A DNA stretch of 64,000 nt from a virus, in the IMG/VR virus record IMGVR_UViG_3300025697_000003. The stretch is one strand, 5' to 3'. Made by a program: the position numbers and the translations under genes. Position 1 is the stretch's first letter. Each line of letters begins with the position of its first letter. The notes beneath the pieces are model-generated. The model was given only the letters and a program-made list of their open reading frames with translations, searched no databases and was not told the DNA's origin. Positions 8,558-18,368 of this stretch are shown in pieces.

Positions 8558-9610
8558 ATGAAAATTGCACACTGGAGCAGTTTTGCACCGAGTCGCTCTG
8601 GGCTCTACGAGGCCGCGAAAGACCTCGTTCTAGCTGAGAGGGCGGCGGGTATTGACGCACTGTTCATGAATATGAGCATAGAGGATATCGAGCAGCACAA
8701 GGCGAAGTGTCCAGGAGGCAGGATTGACGAGGCGAATCTTAATCCGAGTGATTGGGAAGCGGCAAAGGATGCGAAGATCTGGGTCATTCATCGTGGCATC
8801 CCTGCATCGATGCTCGAGGAGTCTAAGAAGCACTATTTGATCATGGCGATCCACGGTGCTCCAGAACACATGATGATGCACGACATCGAGAACAGCGGTA
8901 ACGTACAGAGCTTCAATTCGCACATCAACATGGTGAACAATTACGATCGGTCGGTAGCGTTGAATGAGCACGACTACAGGATATGGCAGATGTATGCACC
9001 TCCAGAGAAGCTAGTCCACATTGACGACTCGATTGACGTCACTCGCTTCTCTCCAGATGGATATGCGTGGGAGTTCACAGGCGAGCCATCGATCCTTCAT
9101 GCTGACGTATCACGAAATATCAAGCTGCCGTTCACGCTGTTCTGGGCGATGGGGAAGATCTACGAGAGCATCCCAGAGGCAAGGCTTCAGATGTATGGAC
9201 TGCCGTTTGCTGAGATCAACACATTCAGAAACATGATGGTCAGGGCACAGAACATTCATCTGTTGGGTACGTTGGAATCTGTGCAGATGATCACATCTGA
9301 TCTTCGACCGATGATGAGAGGGTCTGACATTGGAGTCAACCCGAATCTCAGTGGAGTACGCTCGCGTGTAACGATGGAGATGATGGCGTGTGGGCTCCCT
9401 GTAGTTGGTGCTGGCGAAGGCTACCCGATTCGAAGGTATCGCACCTACGACACGCATGGGCTTGCAGAGACGATCCTAGAGGCGTGGGAAGAGATTCAGA
9501 AGGATCCTACGGCAGCGCGTGAGCAAGCTCGAGCGTATGCAGTAGAACACTTTGACGTTAAGAACGCTGTAGAGACTGGATGGATCCCACTCTACGAGGA
9601 GGTAGGGTAA
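8558..9610 (+). CDS. GT-B fold glycosyltransferase (GT4/GT1-like)
   Basis: C-terminal SRVTMEMMACGLPVVGAGEG resembles the E-x7-E nucleotide-sugar binding region. TAAGGAGAG RBS. Confidence 0.65.
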   Translation: MKIAHWSSFAPSRSGLYEAAKDLVLAERAAGIDALFMNMSIEDIEQHKAKCPGGRIDEANLNPSDWEAAKDAKIWVIHRGIPASMLEESKKHYLIMAIHGAPEHMMMHDIENSGNVQSFNSHINMVNNYDRSVALNEHDYRIWQMYAPPEKLVHIDDSIDVTRFSPDGYAWEFTGEPSILHADVSRNIKLPFTLFWAMGKIYESIPEARLQMYGLPFAEINTFRNMMVRAQNIHLLGTLESVQMITSDLRPMMRGSDIGVNPNLSGVRSRVTMEMMACGLPVVGAGEGYPIRRYRTYDTHGLAETILEAWEEIQKDPTAAREQARAYAVEHFDVKNAVETGWIPLYEEVG

Positions 9611-11088
9611 TGGCACTACAAACGACGAAGCTAGTAGGTGACATAGAGTTTGGACCGTATTCGATGCTTGCCTCTGTTTCTGATGATACGCCTCTTGCGC
9701 TGGCGATCGCGGAACAAACGATAGTAGGAAGGATCACGGGCGGCAACATCGCAGCGTTGACCGTGGCTGAATTGCAAACGCTGGCCTTCTCTGCGAACTT
9801 GCCTGAGAACGTTACTATCCGGCTTGATCCAATCCTCAGTGCAGATACCAAGTGGACAGGGACAACTCGTGATGTGGTAGCTGGCACAACTGCGCTTGTT
9901 TATGGCTACTGCTACTACTGCGCGTCGACCGGCAAGTGGGAACTGACAAACGCTACCGCGATCGCCACTTCTCATGGAGAGGTCGGCATGTGTGTCATTG
10001 CCGCGGCAACTGACGCGACTGGTACGTTGTTGATGAATGGAATGATTCGGGCTGATGACGAATTTGATACATTCACTAAGGGCAGTGACATCTACCTGAG
10101 TGCTTCTACGGCTGGGAAACTGACAGCTACTGCGCCTACAGGGACCACGGACTTCGTAGTGAGGATCGTAGCTTCGGCACCAACGGCTGACAGCGTTTCT
10201 TTCAAGGGCGGCCACGCATACGCTGAACTCGGAGATACTGTGTTCGTTACAAAAGCAACTTATGGCGCACAATCAATTCTTGCTGCTGTGTTGAATGATA
10301 CACCAGTGGTTGTTACTGTTGCTGAACAAACGCTGGTGGGGCGGAAGACAGGCGGCGATGTAACAGCCTTAACCGCTGCCGAGACTAGCGCGATTGTTCA
10401 TTCGGTTGGGCTCGCTGCTGACTGGGACGTACTTGACAACAAGATCACAGCCCAAAACCTCACCGCCGATGCGCTGACTGCCGGGCGGGGTGTGTTCACA
10501 GGCACAGACGGGCTTTTGTCGGTTGACGGTGCTTTCATTTGGGACAATACGAATAAGCGGTTGGGGATTGGGGTAACACCGTTACATATTATTCACGTAT
10601 CATCGTCCATTGATACAGGCATTGGGATTGGCACCACCGACGCGGGGAGAGAAGCATATTTAGCGTTGTACTCAAACTCTGTGAGCATAGGAACGTTCGA
10701 GGCGTTTGGATCGACCTTTGCCGTTGCGGATTACCAATCAGCGGTATCTTTTACTGCCCAGGTTAATAACGATGGAAAGATATTTTTCACGACAAAGACC
10801 AGTGGGACTCCAACAGCAAGAATGGTGATTTTGAATAATGGCAACGTCGGCATCGGAACAACCGCCCCCGGCGCAAAGTGCCACGTAGACCAGTCAAGCA
10901 CCTCAGGCGCGATACCCGTGCTGACTTTGGATCAGGCGGATCTTAGCGAGGAGTTCATATCGTTCAAAACTACAGTCGGAGATGGCAATCCGATGGACGC
11001 TACTAATGCTGTCGGCTCAGCTTACGCTAGGTTAAGGATTGACGTAGACGGTGTTGGATACAAGTACATTCAAGTTTACGACGCATAG
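9610..11088 (+). CDS. tail fibre protein
   Basis: TAATG overlap start. Internal duplication (LALAIAEQTIVGRITGGNIAALTVAELQ / VVVTVAEQTLVGRKTGGDVTALTAAETS). NNGNVGIGTTAPGAKCHV motif is common in fibre proteins. Confidence 0.6.
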   Translation: MALQTTKLVGDIEFGPYSMLASVSDDTPLALAIAEQTIVGRITGGNIAALTVAELQTLAFSANLPENVTIRLDPILSADTKWTGTTRDVVAGTTALVYGYCYYCASTGKWELTNATAIATSHGEVGMCVIAAATDATGTLLMNGMIRADDEFDTFTKGSDIYLSASTAGKLTATAPTGTTDFVVRIVASAPTADSVSFKGGHAYAELGDTVFVTKATYGAQSILAAVLNDTPVVVTVAEQTLVGRKTGGDVTALTAAETSAIVHSVGLAADWDVLDNKITAQNLTADALTAGRGVFTGTDGLLSVDGAFIWDNTNKRLGIGVTPLHIIHVSSSIDTGIGIGTTDAGREAYLALYSNSVSIGTFEAFGSTFAVADYQSAVSFTAQVNNDGKIFFTTKTSGTPTARMVILNNGNVGIGTTAPGAKCHVDQSSTSGAIPVLTLDQADLSEEFISFKTTVGDGNPMDATNAVGSAYARLRIDVDGVGYKYIQVYDA

Positions 11089-11096
11089 GAGGGAAC

Positions 11097-11345
11097 ATGG
11101 CATTTGATCCAGTAGTTGCAAAAGCACCAGCAAGCATCGGCGACATCAGCGTAGTTCTAACGGACTACATCGACGAAGAGACGTCGACAGCAAAATACGA
11201 GGTGCAGGTGAAGGACGCAGACGGCGGTATGTTCGAGTTGAAGCAAGGCGATCTAGTACCAGAGTTGCCGCAAGTACACATCGATGCGATGTTGGCGCTG
11301 ATGGCATACGTTGAAGGGCGATCGCAGGAGTTCTTGCCAGCGTAG
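11097..11345 (+). CDS. hypothetical protein, tail module
   Basis: GGAGGG RBS. 82-aa ORF. Confidence 0.5.
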   Translation: MAFDPVVAKAPASIGDISVVLTDYIDEETSTAKYEVQVKDADGGMFELKQGDLVPELPQVHIDAMLALMAYVEGRSQEFLPA

Positions 11346-11373
11346 GATCGATTGTGGAGGAGGTGGAATCTAA

Positions 11374-11988
11374 ATGGCGACCGAGACGCTTAGGCCGAAT
11401 GCGGCGGGTGATGAGACAGCCATTGCCGATCAATATCCTGACTCAACAGCGCACTGGGATAAGGTGGATGAAGCAGTCGCGGATGACGATACTACTTATC
11501 TGCAAGATGTAGGTGGAACCTATGCCCGCGACTTTTACAATATACCAGATTCGGTAGGAAGCGGAACGATAAGTTCCATCAAAGTTTATGCTGACGTGAG
11601 ATGTACTGGCGCACCAGCGCAAGCCAGCGTAAAAATCGTCATCAAGTCTGGTACTGGAACAGGTGCGCCAGACACAGCCGATGAAGGCAGCGAATTGACT
11701 ATTACCACTAGCTATGTTCTCCGCTCAGAATCATGGGCCACGAATCCTGCCACCTCCGCTGCTTGGACTTGGGATGAAATAGACAAGCTGCAAATTGGTA
11801 TCTCTATGAGGAAAGCCTCAATAGTCCCTGAGGCAAGTCGGTGCACCCAAGTCTACGTCGAGGTGGATTATACGGCAGGTAGCGCAACCAGCATCAAGAC
11901 AGTCATGGGCGTACCAATCGCTGACATCAAGACAGTCAACGGGGTAGCAATCGCAGATGTGAAATCATTCATCGGAGTATCGACGTAG
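11374..11988 (+). CDS. hypothetical structural protein with C-terminal short repeats
   Basis: GGAGGAGGTGG RBS. C-terminal IKTVMGVPIADIKTVNGVAIADVKSFIGV repeats. Confidence 0.5.
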   Translation: MATETLRPNAAGDETAIADQYPDSTAHWDKVDEAVADDDTTYLQDVGGTYARDFYNIPDSVGSGTISSIKVYADVRCTGAPAQASVKIVIKSGTGTGAPDTADEGSELTITTSYVLRSESWATNPATSAAWTWDEIDKLQIGISMRKASIVPEASRCTQVYVEVDYTAGSATSIKTVMGVPIADIKTVNGVAIADVKSFIGVST

Positions 11989-12002
11989 GATAGGAGAAGA
12001 CA

Positions 12003-12311
12003 ATGGCTGACTACAGGAAAGTATTTGGTAGGATTGTTACTGATGCTGAAGGAGCGGTAGGCGGAGTTTCCGTAAATGTCTATCAGCCTGGCACAACGAC
12101 AGCGATCACTCTAAAGGCAAACAAGGCTGGGACAGAGGCCAAGGCTAATCCGTTTGATACTGACGCTAACGGTATCTGGGCATTCTTCACAGACACAGAT
12201 GCTCTTTCTGGAGTGGACTACGAAGTTGACATCGTGTTCTCTAAGAGTGGGCTAGACTTCTCGAATATGAACGTGATGTACGAGAACGTGACGGTTCCAG
12301 GCGGATTCTAG
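12003..12311 (+). CDS. hypothetical small beta-rich protein, tail module
   Basis: TAGGAGAAG RBS. 102-aa ORF. Confidence 0.5.
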   Translation: MADYRKVFGRIVTDAEGAVGGVSVNVYQPGTTTAITLKANKAGTEAKANPFDTDANGIWAFFTDTDALSGVDYEVDIVFSKSGLDFSNMNVMYENVTVPGGF

Positions 12312-12335
12312 GCCGCTTCATAAGGAGGAGTGCGA

Positions 12336-13913
12336 ATGTCATCTGCAGTAGCGACTCAAGGATTACCGCTCGGTGAAGGAGTTGGGATTGTCACACACCA
12401 CTCGGGATGGACTCAGGCTACGTTTGGAGAAGTACCAGAGAAGACTCTCGTTCCTAGTGCCCCTGTGATCGATTCTATGGCCGCTCCAGACCAGACGGCT
12501 GGCATTCTGGTACTAAGTATCACCCTGCCGACTACAGACACTGGTGGCAACGCCCTAGCGCAGTCTGAGATCGTTAAGATTCGTATGCACCACAGCACGA
12601 GTTCCGGTGTCGATACTGGCGACTCGTATGTTGACTTCCCTCCCGGCGTAACTATCCAATGGGGTCCAGGAGATGTTGTTGCCCACTACGCTGCTATCCG
12701 CGTCCAAGATACTCACGATCATTGGTCTGTACTCTCGAATGAGAAATCAGCTACAGCGAATGCGGGAACAGAGCCTGAGTACGATGGTCTCTGGGCTCAC
12801 CGGCTTGGGAAGGATTCTGTGTGGACAGAGGACTCTCCGACTACTGATGATGTTGCATGGTCGAACGTAACTCTCTACTGGAAGGATAACAAGTATGCGA
12901 TAACGGACGGCAACACTAACAAGACGTACATTTGGTGGGACCACAGCAGCACTACAACATTCCAGACATCGGATACGAAGCCGACTTTAACGTTTGAAGA
13001 CATCCTAGTGGCTACGACTGATGCAGGGATGCTGTACCTGACAATGTACTCCCCGATGGTGCTTGCTGACTTCATTCGTGCTGGAGTGCTTGAGTCTACG
13101 AACTGGACTACCACGGCTGGATCGTACTTTGATCTCGATGCAGGGACGATCAAGCTCGGGGGATCAGATGATCCTTCATTCGCAGTCGACGCAGCCGGCT
13201 TGATTACAGCAAAAGCAGGAACAGTTGGCGGATGGACACTCGCAGCGACGACCTTAACTGGCGGCGATCTAACGCTCGACTCTGGGAACACGAAGATCAT
13301 AGCTGGCACGGGTGATGATATTGTCATCATAGACGCAGCTGACGCTGATTATCGTCTAGTAATTGGAGATGCTGTATATGCAGACGCTCCATTCTCTGTA
13401 CAGAAGGATGGGAAGTTCTATCTCGGTGGAGTTGCTGGCAATTTGCAGTGGACTCCATCTCCAGCGGCTCTAATAGTTACGGCGATTTATGCCTCTGCCG
13501 CTACATCTGTGGAACGGATTACAATCGCTACTGCTGACCTAAAGGCAGTAGACGCCTCTAACAATACTCGTGCCAATTTCAGCAGCACTGATATCACGCT
13601 GTACGACGCTACTCCTACGCTGATTGCTTTTATCCCGACAACTTCAGGGGTTACTCACGCTACGAATCCATTCTTTGTACATGCCCAAGTAACTGTCGAC
13701 AACAAGTTGGTCGTTGGATCATCGGCCATTGACAATCCATCGCAAGCTCTGCACGTCACAGGGACAGGTCTCTTCACAAGCACAGTAGTCGTCGGAGACC
13801 ATGGCGAAAGCACGACCCCGAGCGTCGTCAACGTCCTCTTCTACACGGCTGGTAATATTCCAACTGCAAGTACGACTCCACGTGGTACGTTTGCTGTGCA
13901 GGTGCCCGCATGA
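12336..13913 (+). CDS. tail fibre / host-specificity protein
   Basis: AAGGAGGAG RBS sits 5 nt before ATG 12336 (the ORF track starts at GTG 12330). Fn3-like N-terminal part and a WSNVTLYWKDNKYAITDGNTNKTYIWWD motif. Confidence 0.6.
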   Translation: MSSAVATQGLPLGEGVGIVTHHSGWTQATFGEVPEKTLVPSAPVIDSMAAPDQTAGILVLSITLPTTDTGGNALAQSEIVKIRMHHSTSSGVDTGDSYVDFPPGVTIQWGPGDVVAHYAAIRVQDTHDHWSVLSNEKSATANAGTEPEYDGLWAHRLGKDSVWTEDSPTTDDVAWSNVTLYWKDNKYAITDGNTNKTYIWWDHSSTTTFQTSDTKPTLTFEDILVATTDAGMLYLTMYSPMVLADFIRAGVLESTNWTTTAGSYFDLDAGTIKLGGSDDPSFAVDAAGLITAKAGTVGGWTLAATTLTGGDLTLDSGNTKIIAGTGDDIVIIDAADADYRLVIGDAVYADAPFSVQKDGKFYLGGVAGNLQWTPSPAALIVTAIYASAATSVERITIATADLKAVDASNNTRANFSSTDITLYDATPTLIAFIPTTSGVTHATNPFFVHAQVTVDNKLVVGSSAIDNPSQALHVTGTGLFTSTVVVGDHGESTTPSVVNVLFYTAGNIPTASTTPRGTFAVQVPA

Positions 13914-15946
13914 GTACCGCAGTAGAGATAATCGGGACTTCTAGTGATGGATACATGTACGCTAGAACAGATGCCCATTTCAGCATCGCAAGAGATGCTG
14001 AAGATGCGTATTACAAGGCTGACGCAGTAGACACATTGCGTGTCGGCTTGTCGTATCCAAATCTCGCAAATGACAAGTACCGATTCTACAGATCGTATCT
14101 ATACTTTGACACATCTAGCATCCCTGATGGCGCAACGATTCTTATCGCAACGCTCTCTCTCTATCTCACTGGGACAGTGACAATCATTCCATCTGGCTTT
14201 TCCGTCATTCTTATGAAGATGAAAGACAACGATGGAACGTACCCGCATGATCCTCTTGTTGACGGAGACTTTGATCGAGAATTCTATATTGGAGGCGGGG
14301 CTTCGTCGCCATCTGTATCCTCCGGGCAATCAGGATATAAGACGTTCACGTTCACTTCTGCTGGAAGGAGTGGATGGATCAATGATGAAGGGACGTCGAA
14401 GTTCGTTGTGATGTCGTCGCTGGATGTTGGATACACAATTCCGAACATCAACATGCTCGCTTACTTCTACTCGCAAGAGAAGGGCGGGAGTTATCGTCCG
14501 AAGATGAACATCACGTATTCTACTCCATGCACAGTGACAACTGGGGCAGCAACAAGCCTCTTGCCAGGAGGGGCCACAGGGAATGGTAACGTCACAGATG
14601 CCGGAAGCGATACCGTTACAGTCCGTGGTGTCATCTGGAACGACGATGGTACTGATCCTGTTGACCTGGCGAGCGCAGACAATTCGGCGGCAGCAGTTGC
14701 TGGAGGAACAGGTGCATTCACAGCAGCAATAACTGGATGCGATGCGGAGACCTCGTACTACTACAGGGCGTATGCTACGACTGTGGCCGGGACATCAGTT
14801 GGCAGTGCAGTCCAATTCACGACGACCGCAGACTCTACCATCTTCTCTGTAACTACTCAGGCAACTGAAGACGCGGCGACTACTACAGCGACAGCAAATG
14901 GAACGGTCGTTGAGGACGCTGCACACGACTTAACAGCGTATGGCTTCGTCTACAAGCTCGGAGGGGATCCTGGTATTCCAGCTGATCCGACAACTGCCGA
15001 TAACTACACTGATAAAGGTGCGAAATCATCTCCAGCAGAAGGCGCGTACACCTCAGACCTTACAGGTCTTACCGCTGAGTCTACCTATTTCATTCGTGCC
15101 TACGCCACGACTTCTGAAGACGGCACAGTGTATGGCGACTTAGACATCTTCCGAACTGGCACGACTGCGCAGACTGACATTGATGACGAAACCGGAGACG
15201 GAACGCTGTACAAATCTACTTTGAAACTTGGTTCGCCATGTACGGCAGGCACAGTTGACGCAACTTCAGCAGATTCAGTAGCTACAGGAGCAGAACTTAT
15301 TGAATTATCTTCTTGGGATCACGCGCTTGGTGCTTATTGTGAAAGCTATACGACTCGCGCCTATCTGTATTTCGATACATCTGCGTTGTCTGGAGCTACG
15401 GTAACGAGCGTCGATCTGAAGCTCTATATGGTCTATGCGTATTATAGCCCAAATTCTGGAGTTTTCGCATGGAATGGGCTTCAAGTCTTACAGGACTCTG
15501 ATGGCGATTATCCATCTGAATCTGGAGGCTCTCCTGCGCTTGCTGTAGGCGACTTCGACAAAACCGAGTACACCCAGATTGCAACGATTGCTGCATCTGC
15601 AATGGGAACCGGGACGGTAGCAATAATAAATGCGTGGAAAACAGTCTCATTGCCAATCAGCGCGGTAAACACGGAAGGACTAACGAAACTCTGCATCATG
15701 GTATACGACGTAGCTGAGATGGTCGCTTACTCTTCTCAAATCGTGAGCTTCCATTCTGCTGACGGCACGAACGTACCATACCTAGACATTGACTACTCTG
15801 CTCCTCAAACCCCGTCATTCCCAAAAGTGAACAAGGGAGATGCGTGGGTTGATCCAGTAGAGATTCTTGTGAACATCGGTGACGAATGGATACCGTATGA
15901 CGATCTAGATGTGAACATTGGAGACGCTTGGGTCGAGCCGGTTTAA
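13910..15946 (+). CDS. large tail-associated protein with two DNRLRE-like and two Fn3-like repeats
   Basis: ATGA overlap. YRSYLYFDTSSIPDGATILIATLSLYL and RAYLYFDTSALSGATVTSVDLKLYM duplicates. Two ~95-aa repeats end in YYYRAYATT / YFIRAYATT. Confidence 0.55.
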   Translation: MSTAVEIIGTSSDGYMYARTDAHFSIARDAEDAYYKADAVDTLRVGLSYPNLANDKYRFYRSYLYFDTSSIPDGATILIATLSLYLTGTVTIIPSGFSVILMKMKDNDGTYPHDPLVDGDFDREFYIGGGASSPSVSSGQSGYKTFTFTSAGRSGWINDEGTSKFVVMSSLDVGYTIPNINMLAYFYSQEKGGSYRPKMNITYSTPCTVTTGAATSLLPGGATGNGNVTDAGSDTVTVRGVIWNDDGTDPVDLASADNSAAAVAGGTGAFTAAITGCDAETSYYYRAYATTVAGTSVGSAVQFTTTADSTIFSVTTQATEDAATTTATANGTVVEDAAHDLTAYGFVYKLGGDPGIPADPTTADNYTDKGAKSSPAEGAYTSDLTGLTAESTYFIRAYATTSEDGTVYGDLDIFRTGTTAQTDIDDETGDGTLYKSTLKLGSPCTAGTVDATSADSVATGAELIELSSWDHALGAYCESYTTRAYLYFDTSALSGATVTSVDLKLYMVYAYYSPNSGVFAWNGLQVLQDSDGDYPSESGGSPALAVGDFDKTEYTQIATIAASAMGTGTVAIINAWKTVSLPISAVNTEGLTKLCIMVYDVAEMVAYSSQIVSFHSADGTNVPYLDIDYSAPQTPSFPKVNKGDAWVDPVEILVNIGDEWIPYDDLDVNIGDAWVEPV

Positions 15947-15978
15947 TCGGGCGGATAAGGGAGACGGGAGTTGGCGAA

Positions 15979-16434
15979 ATGGATGGTATACCACAGGCGG
16001 TAATAGACGGAGCAGGCAGCATGAGCACAACCACATTGTTGTGGATCATTGCTGGCTTAATGACGGTGATAACAACGCTGGGGGGAGTAATCACCTCGCT
16101 GGTCAACAAGCGAGCAGCAACTGCATTGCAACGTACAAACCCCTTGAACGGTACGCTTGTTAGGCTTGATTCTACCTTGAGAGAGGTCAACACTACGCTC
16201 ACAAAGGTAGATGTCAGGGCAGAAGATTCGAACCGTGTTCTTGCAAGACATTCAGAGCAACTGGTTGCAATGGGCGTAGCAACGGCGCAGCTTGCAGCGA
16301 ATGAAGCGCAGCAGACCATCGCAATCTCACAGATTATGCCACAGATAGACACAACGCTAACTGGCTGCGCTAGTAGGCAGGAACAGACTTGCAAAGATCG
16401 AACTGGTATGATTCTGAACGCACTTGAAACGTAA
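15979..16434 (+). CDS. type II membrane protein with coiled-coil ectodomain (i-spanin-like topology)
   Basis: GGGAG RBS. One N-terminal TM (TTTLLWIIAGLMTVITTLGGVITSLV) followed by a helical heptad-like region. The function is inferred from topology only. Confidence 0.45.
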   Translation: MDGIPQAVIDGAGSMSTTTLLWIIAGLMTVITTLGGVITSLVNKRAATALQRTNPLNGTLVRLDSTLREVNTTLTKVDVRAEDSNRVLARHSEQLVAMGVATAQLAANEAQQTIAISQIMPQIDTTLTGCASRQEQTCKDRTGMILNALET

Positions 16435-16450
16435 CGAGATATCTGGTATG

Positions 16451-16479
16451 CTGCATCACCTGTGAGGGCTGCATAGAAA
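16451..16479 (+). promoter_or_regulatory. candidate promoter, member of the TGCATCACCT motif family
   Basis: cTGCAT-CACCTGTGAGGGCTGCA-TAGAAA with a 17-nt spacer. It shares TGCATCACCTG.GAG with sites at 39837, 41444 and 43357. Confidence 0.4.
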
Positions 16480-16517
16480 CTCATAGACACGAGATACACG
16501 AGGAGGTGAATCTCTTA

Positions 16518-16733
16518 ATGGAAAGAAACGCGCTAATGAAGTTCCTCGCAACGCTTTACGCGCAGGCGGGGGTGCTTTTAGCGATTCTGATTCATTGGAT
16601 CTTGGATATGGTCATTGTCTTCCTGCCGACTGTGGTAGTGGACGCATTATCCAAGATGGTTTTCAAATGGACAGCCAATGAATATCGATTTGCCGAGTTC
16701 AAGGCGTTCTGGGACAAGAAGAAAACACCCTAG
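16518..16733 (+). CDS. small two-TM membrane protein (holin-like)
   Basis: GAGGAGGTG RBS. FLATLYAQAGVLLAILIHWILDMVIVFLPTVVV hydrophobic segments and a charged C-terminus. Confidence 0.45.
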   Translation: MERNALMKFLATLYAQAGVLLAILIHWILDMVIVFLPTVVVDALSKMVFKWTANEYRFAEFKAFWDKKKTP

Positions 16734-16767
16734 TAACAACAATCAGCAGAAGAGGAGATTAAACAAG

Positions 16768-17298
16768 ATGAAACGAGCATTAGTTCTAACAGTAGCACTA
16801 TTGATGGTTTTCAGCGCAGTGGCAGTTGCCAGCGTGTCTGACACAGGTGCATATCTTGGCATCGCGCAGACATTCGCTGGCATGACAGACTCGTATGTTG
16901 GCTATACGTTTGGTAATGTACTTCAAACTTCAGCATTCACAATTCAGTTTAACGTGGATGATCTGTTCGGTATAAACCCACCTGCGGGAACGCCATTCTT
17001 GCTTCAGTCGACGTATGGCTTTGGGCTGTTATACGAATATGATGTAGACGCTCTCGAACTGGAGATCTACGCGGATACAGTTCTTACACCAGCCATGACG
17101 ACTTTTGCTAATTGGGATGCTGGTGCTCGGGCTGAGTTCCTTGTCCTTCCCAATCCGTGCAAAGAAGCTGGCCCGTGCTACAACCCGGAGCTTAAAATCT
17201 TTATTGAGATCGGGATTGTGCAGAACTTCTTTGCACGTCCACCGGCAACACGAATGCCTGTTGTTTGGGGCGAGGTAGGATTTGAGGTACACCTGTAG
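16768..17298 (+). CDS. secreted beta-strand-rich protein (possible outer-membrane protein)
   Basis: AGAGGAGA RBS. Signal peptide MKRALVLTVALLMVFSAVAVA. Alternating hydrophobic pattern and an aromatic-rich C-terminus. Confidence 0.5.
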   Translation: MKRALVLTVALLMVFSAVAVASVSDTGAYLGIAQTFAGMTDSYVGYTFGNVLQTSAFTIQFNVDDLFGINPPAGTPFLLQSTYGFGLLYEYDVDALELEIYADTVLTPAMTTFANWDAGARAEFLVLPNPCKEAGPCYNPELKIFIEIGIVQNFFARPPATRMPVVWGEVGFEVHL

Positions 17299-17393
17299 CC
17301 TGTAACGAAACCAACACGGTCTGAAAAAGCAACGTAGTGGGTAGGCGTATCAGGTGCGGGCCTACCGCCTGCCCGCTGCTCCTCTAAGGAGGG

Positions 17394-18368
17394 ATGAACA
17401 TGAAACTGAAACGAGCAGTAACTATGATAGTGATCTTTGCGGTGACGCTCCTTACGGGGTGTACGCTGTTTACAGGGACCGATGGGATACTAACCTTAGA
17501 TGTCCCAGAATCCGGCTATCCTCCATTTGAAGCAACGCTCACTGCGGGTGGCGTACTCAATGGCACGTACACGTTCGAGGTTGAGGGGAGAACGTACACA
17601 CAGCCTCAGAACGTACTGACAGTCACGATCTACTCTCTGCCATGCGATGTGAAGGTAACGTGGATTGGTAGCGACATTCCACAGGAAGTCACCAAGACGA
17701 TAGGCCTTGAGAATGGCGGACCTTCCATCGGGCGCCCTGTACTCAATGCGATTACAAACCTATGGACAATTCATCCACGGTCTCGATACATTGTGACATT
17801 CCCTGATGCTCACGATCCACAAGGCGGGGATGTAACGCTGATCAATGCGACTGTCTTCCACACAGGGCAGCAATCTGAGAACACGGTGTTCTGCCCTCCA
17901 TACACAGGGATGCACCCTCCGAAGCCAGATGTCTACCATGTTAAGGACGGGAATGGAACGCTTGAAAATGCCTTCATGTTCTTCTCGATTTGGGACGGAG
18001 ACATTGATGTCAATATCAACGATTTCGATGAGTGGAAAGACACCACTGACTATGTTTACGGAGATACAGTCCAATATGGCGGAAAGGGATATAAATGTAT
18101 CTTGGCGCATGAGGCAAGCGCACTCCCAACTAGAGCAAAGTATTGGGCATTGATCGGGACAGTTATTTCCGGCACAGGGCTCCCATACTCTCCGCCAGAT
18201 CAAGGAGTACGTGGCTATCCTGGCGCTGGGACATGTGGCCTTCAATGGACTAAGGAGTTTATTTCTGCTGGAATGACGATCATTACGGCGACATTCGAGG
18301 ATGAGATGGGAGCAACGACTACTGAATCATGGTCGATCCCGACTATGGTGTATCCGGGGTGCTCATGA
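17394..18368 (+). CDS. lipoprotein with CBM5/12-like module
   Basis: Lipobox LLTGC after a hydrophobic signal. WKDTTDYVYGDTVQYGGKGYKCILAHEASALPTRAKYW motif. The start may be ATG 17400. Confidence 0.6.
   Translation: MNMKLKRAVTMIVIFAVTLLTGCTLFTGTDGILTLDVPESGYPPFEATLTAGGVLNGTYTFEVEGRTYTQPQNVLTVTIYSLPCDVKVTWIGSDIPQEVTKTIGLENGGPSIGRPVLNAITNLWTIHPRSRYIVTFPDAHDPQGGDVTLINATVFHTGQQSENTVFCPPYTGMHPPKPDVYHVKDGNGTLENAFMFFSIWDGDIDVNINDFDEWKDTTDYVYGDTVQYGGKGYKCILAHEASALPTRAKYWALIGTVISGTGLPYSPPDQGVRGYPGAGTCGLQWTKEFISAGMTIITATFEDEMGATTTESWSIPTMVYPGCS

Noticed and set aside
15696-16499. 267-aa minus-strand ORF overlapping the end of the fibre-associated gene and the membrane-protein gene.
   Set aside because: It is antisense to well-supported plus-strand genes that have RBSs, its composition is Ser/Cys-rich, and it has no start context.
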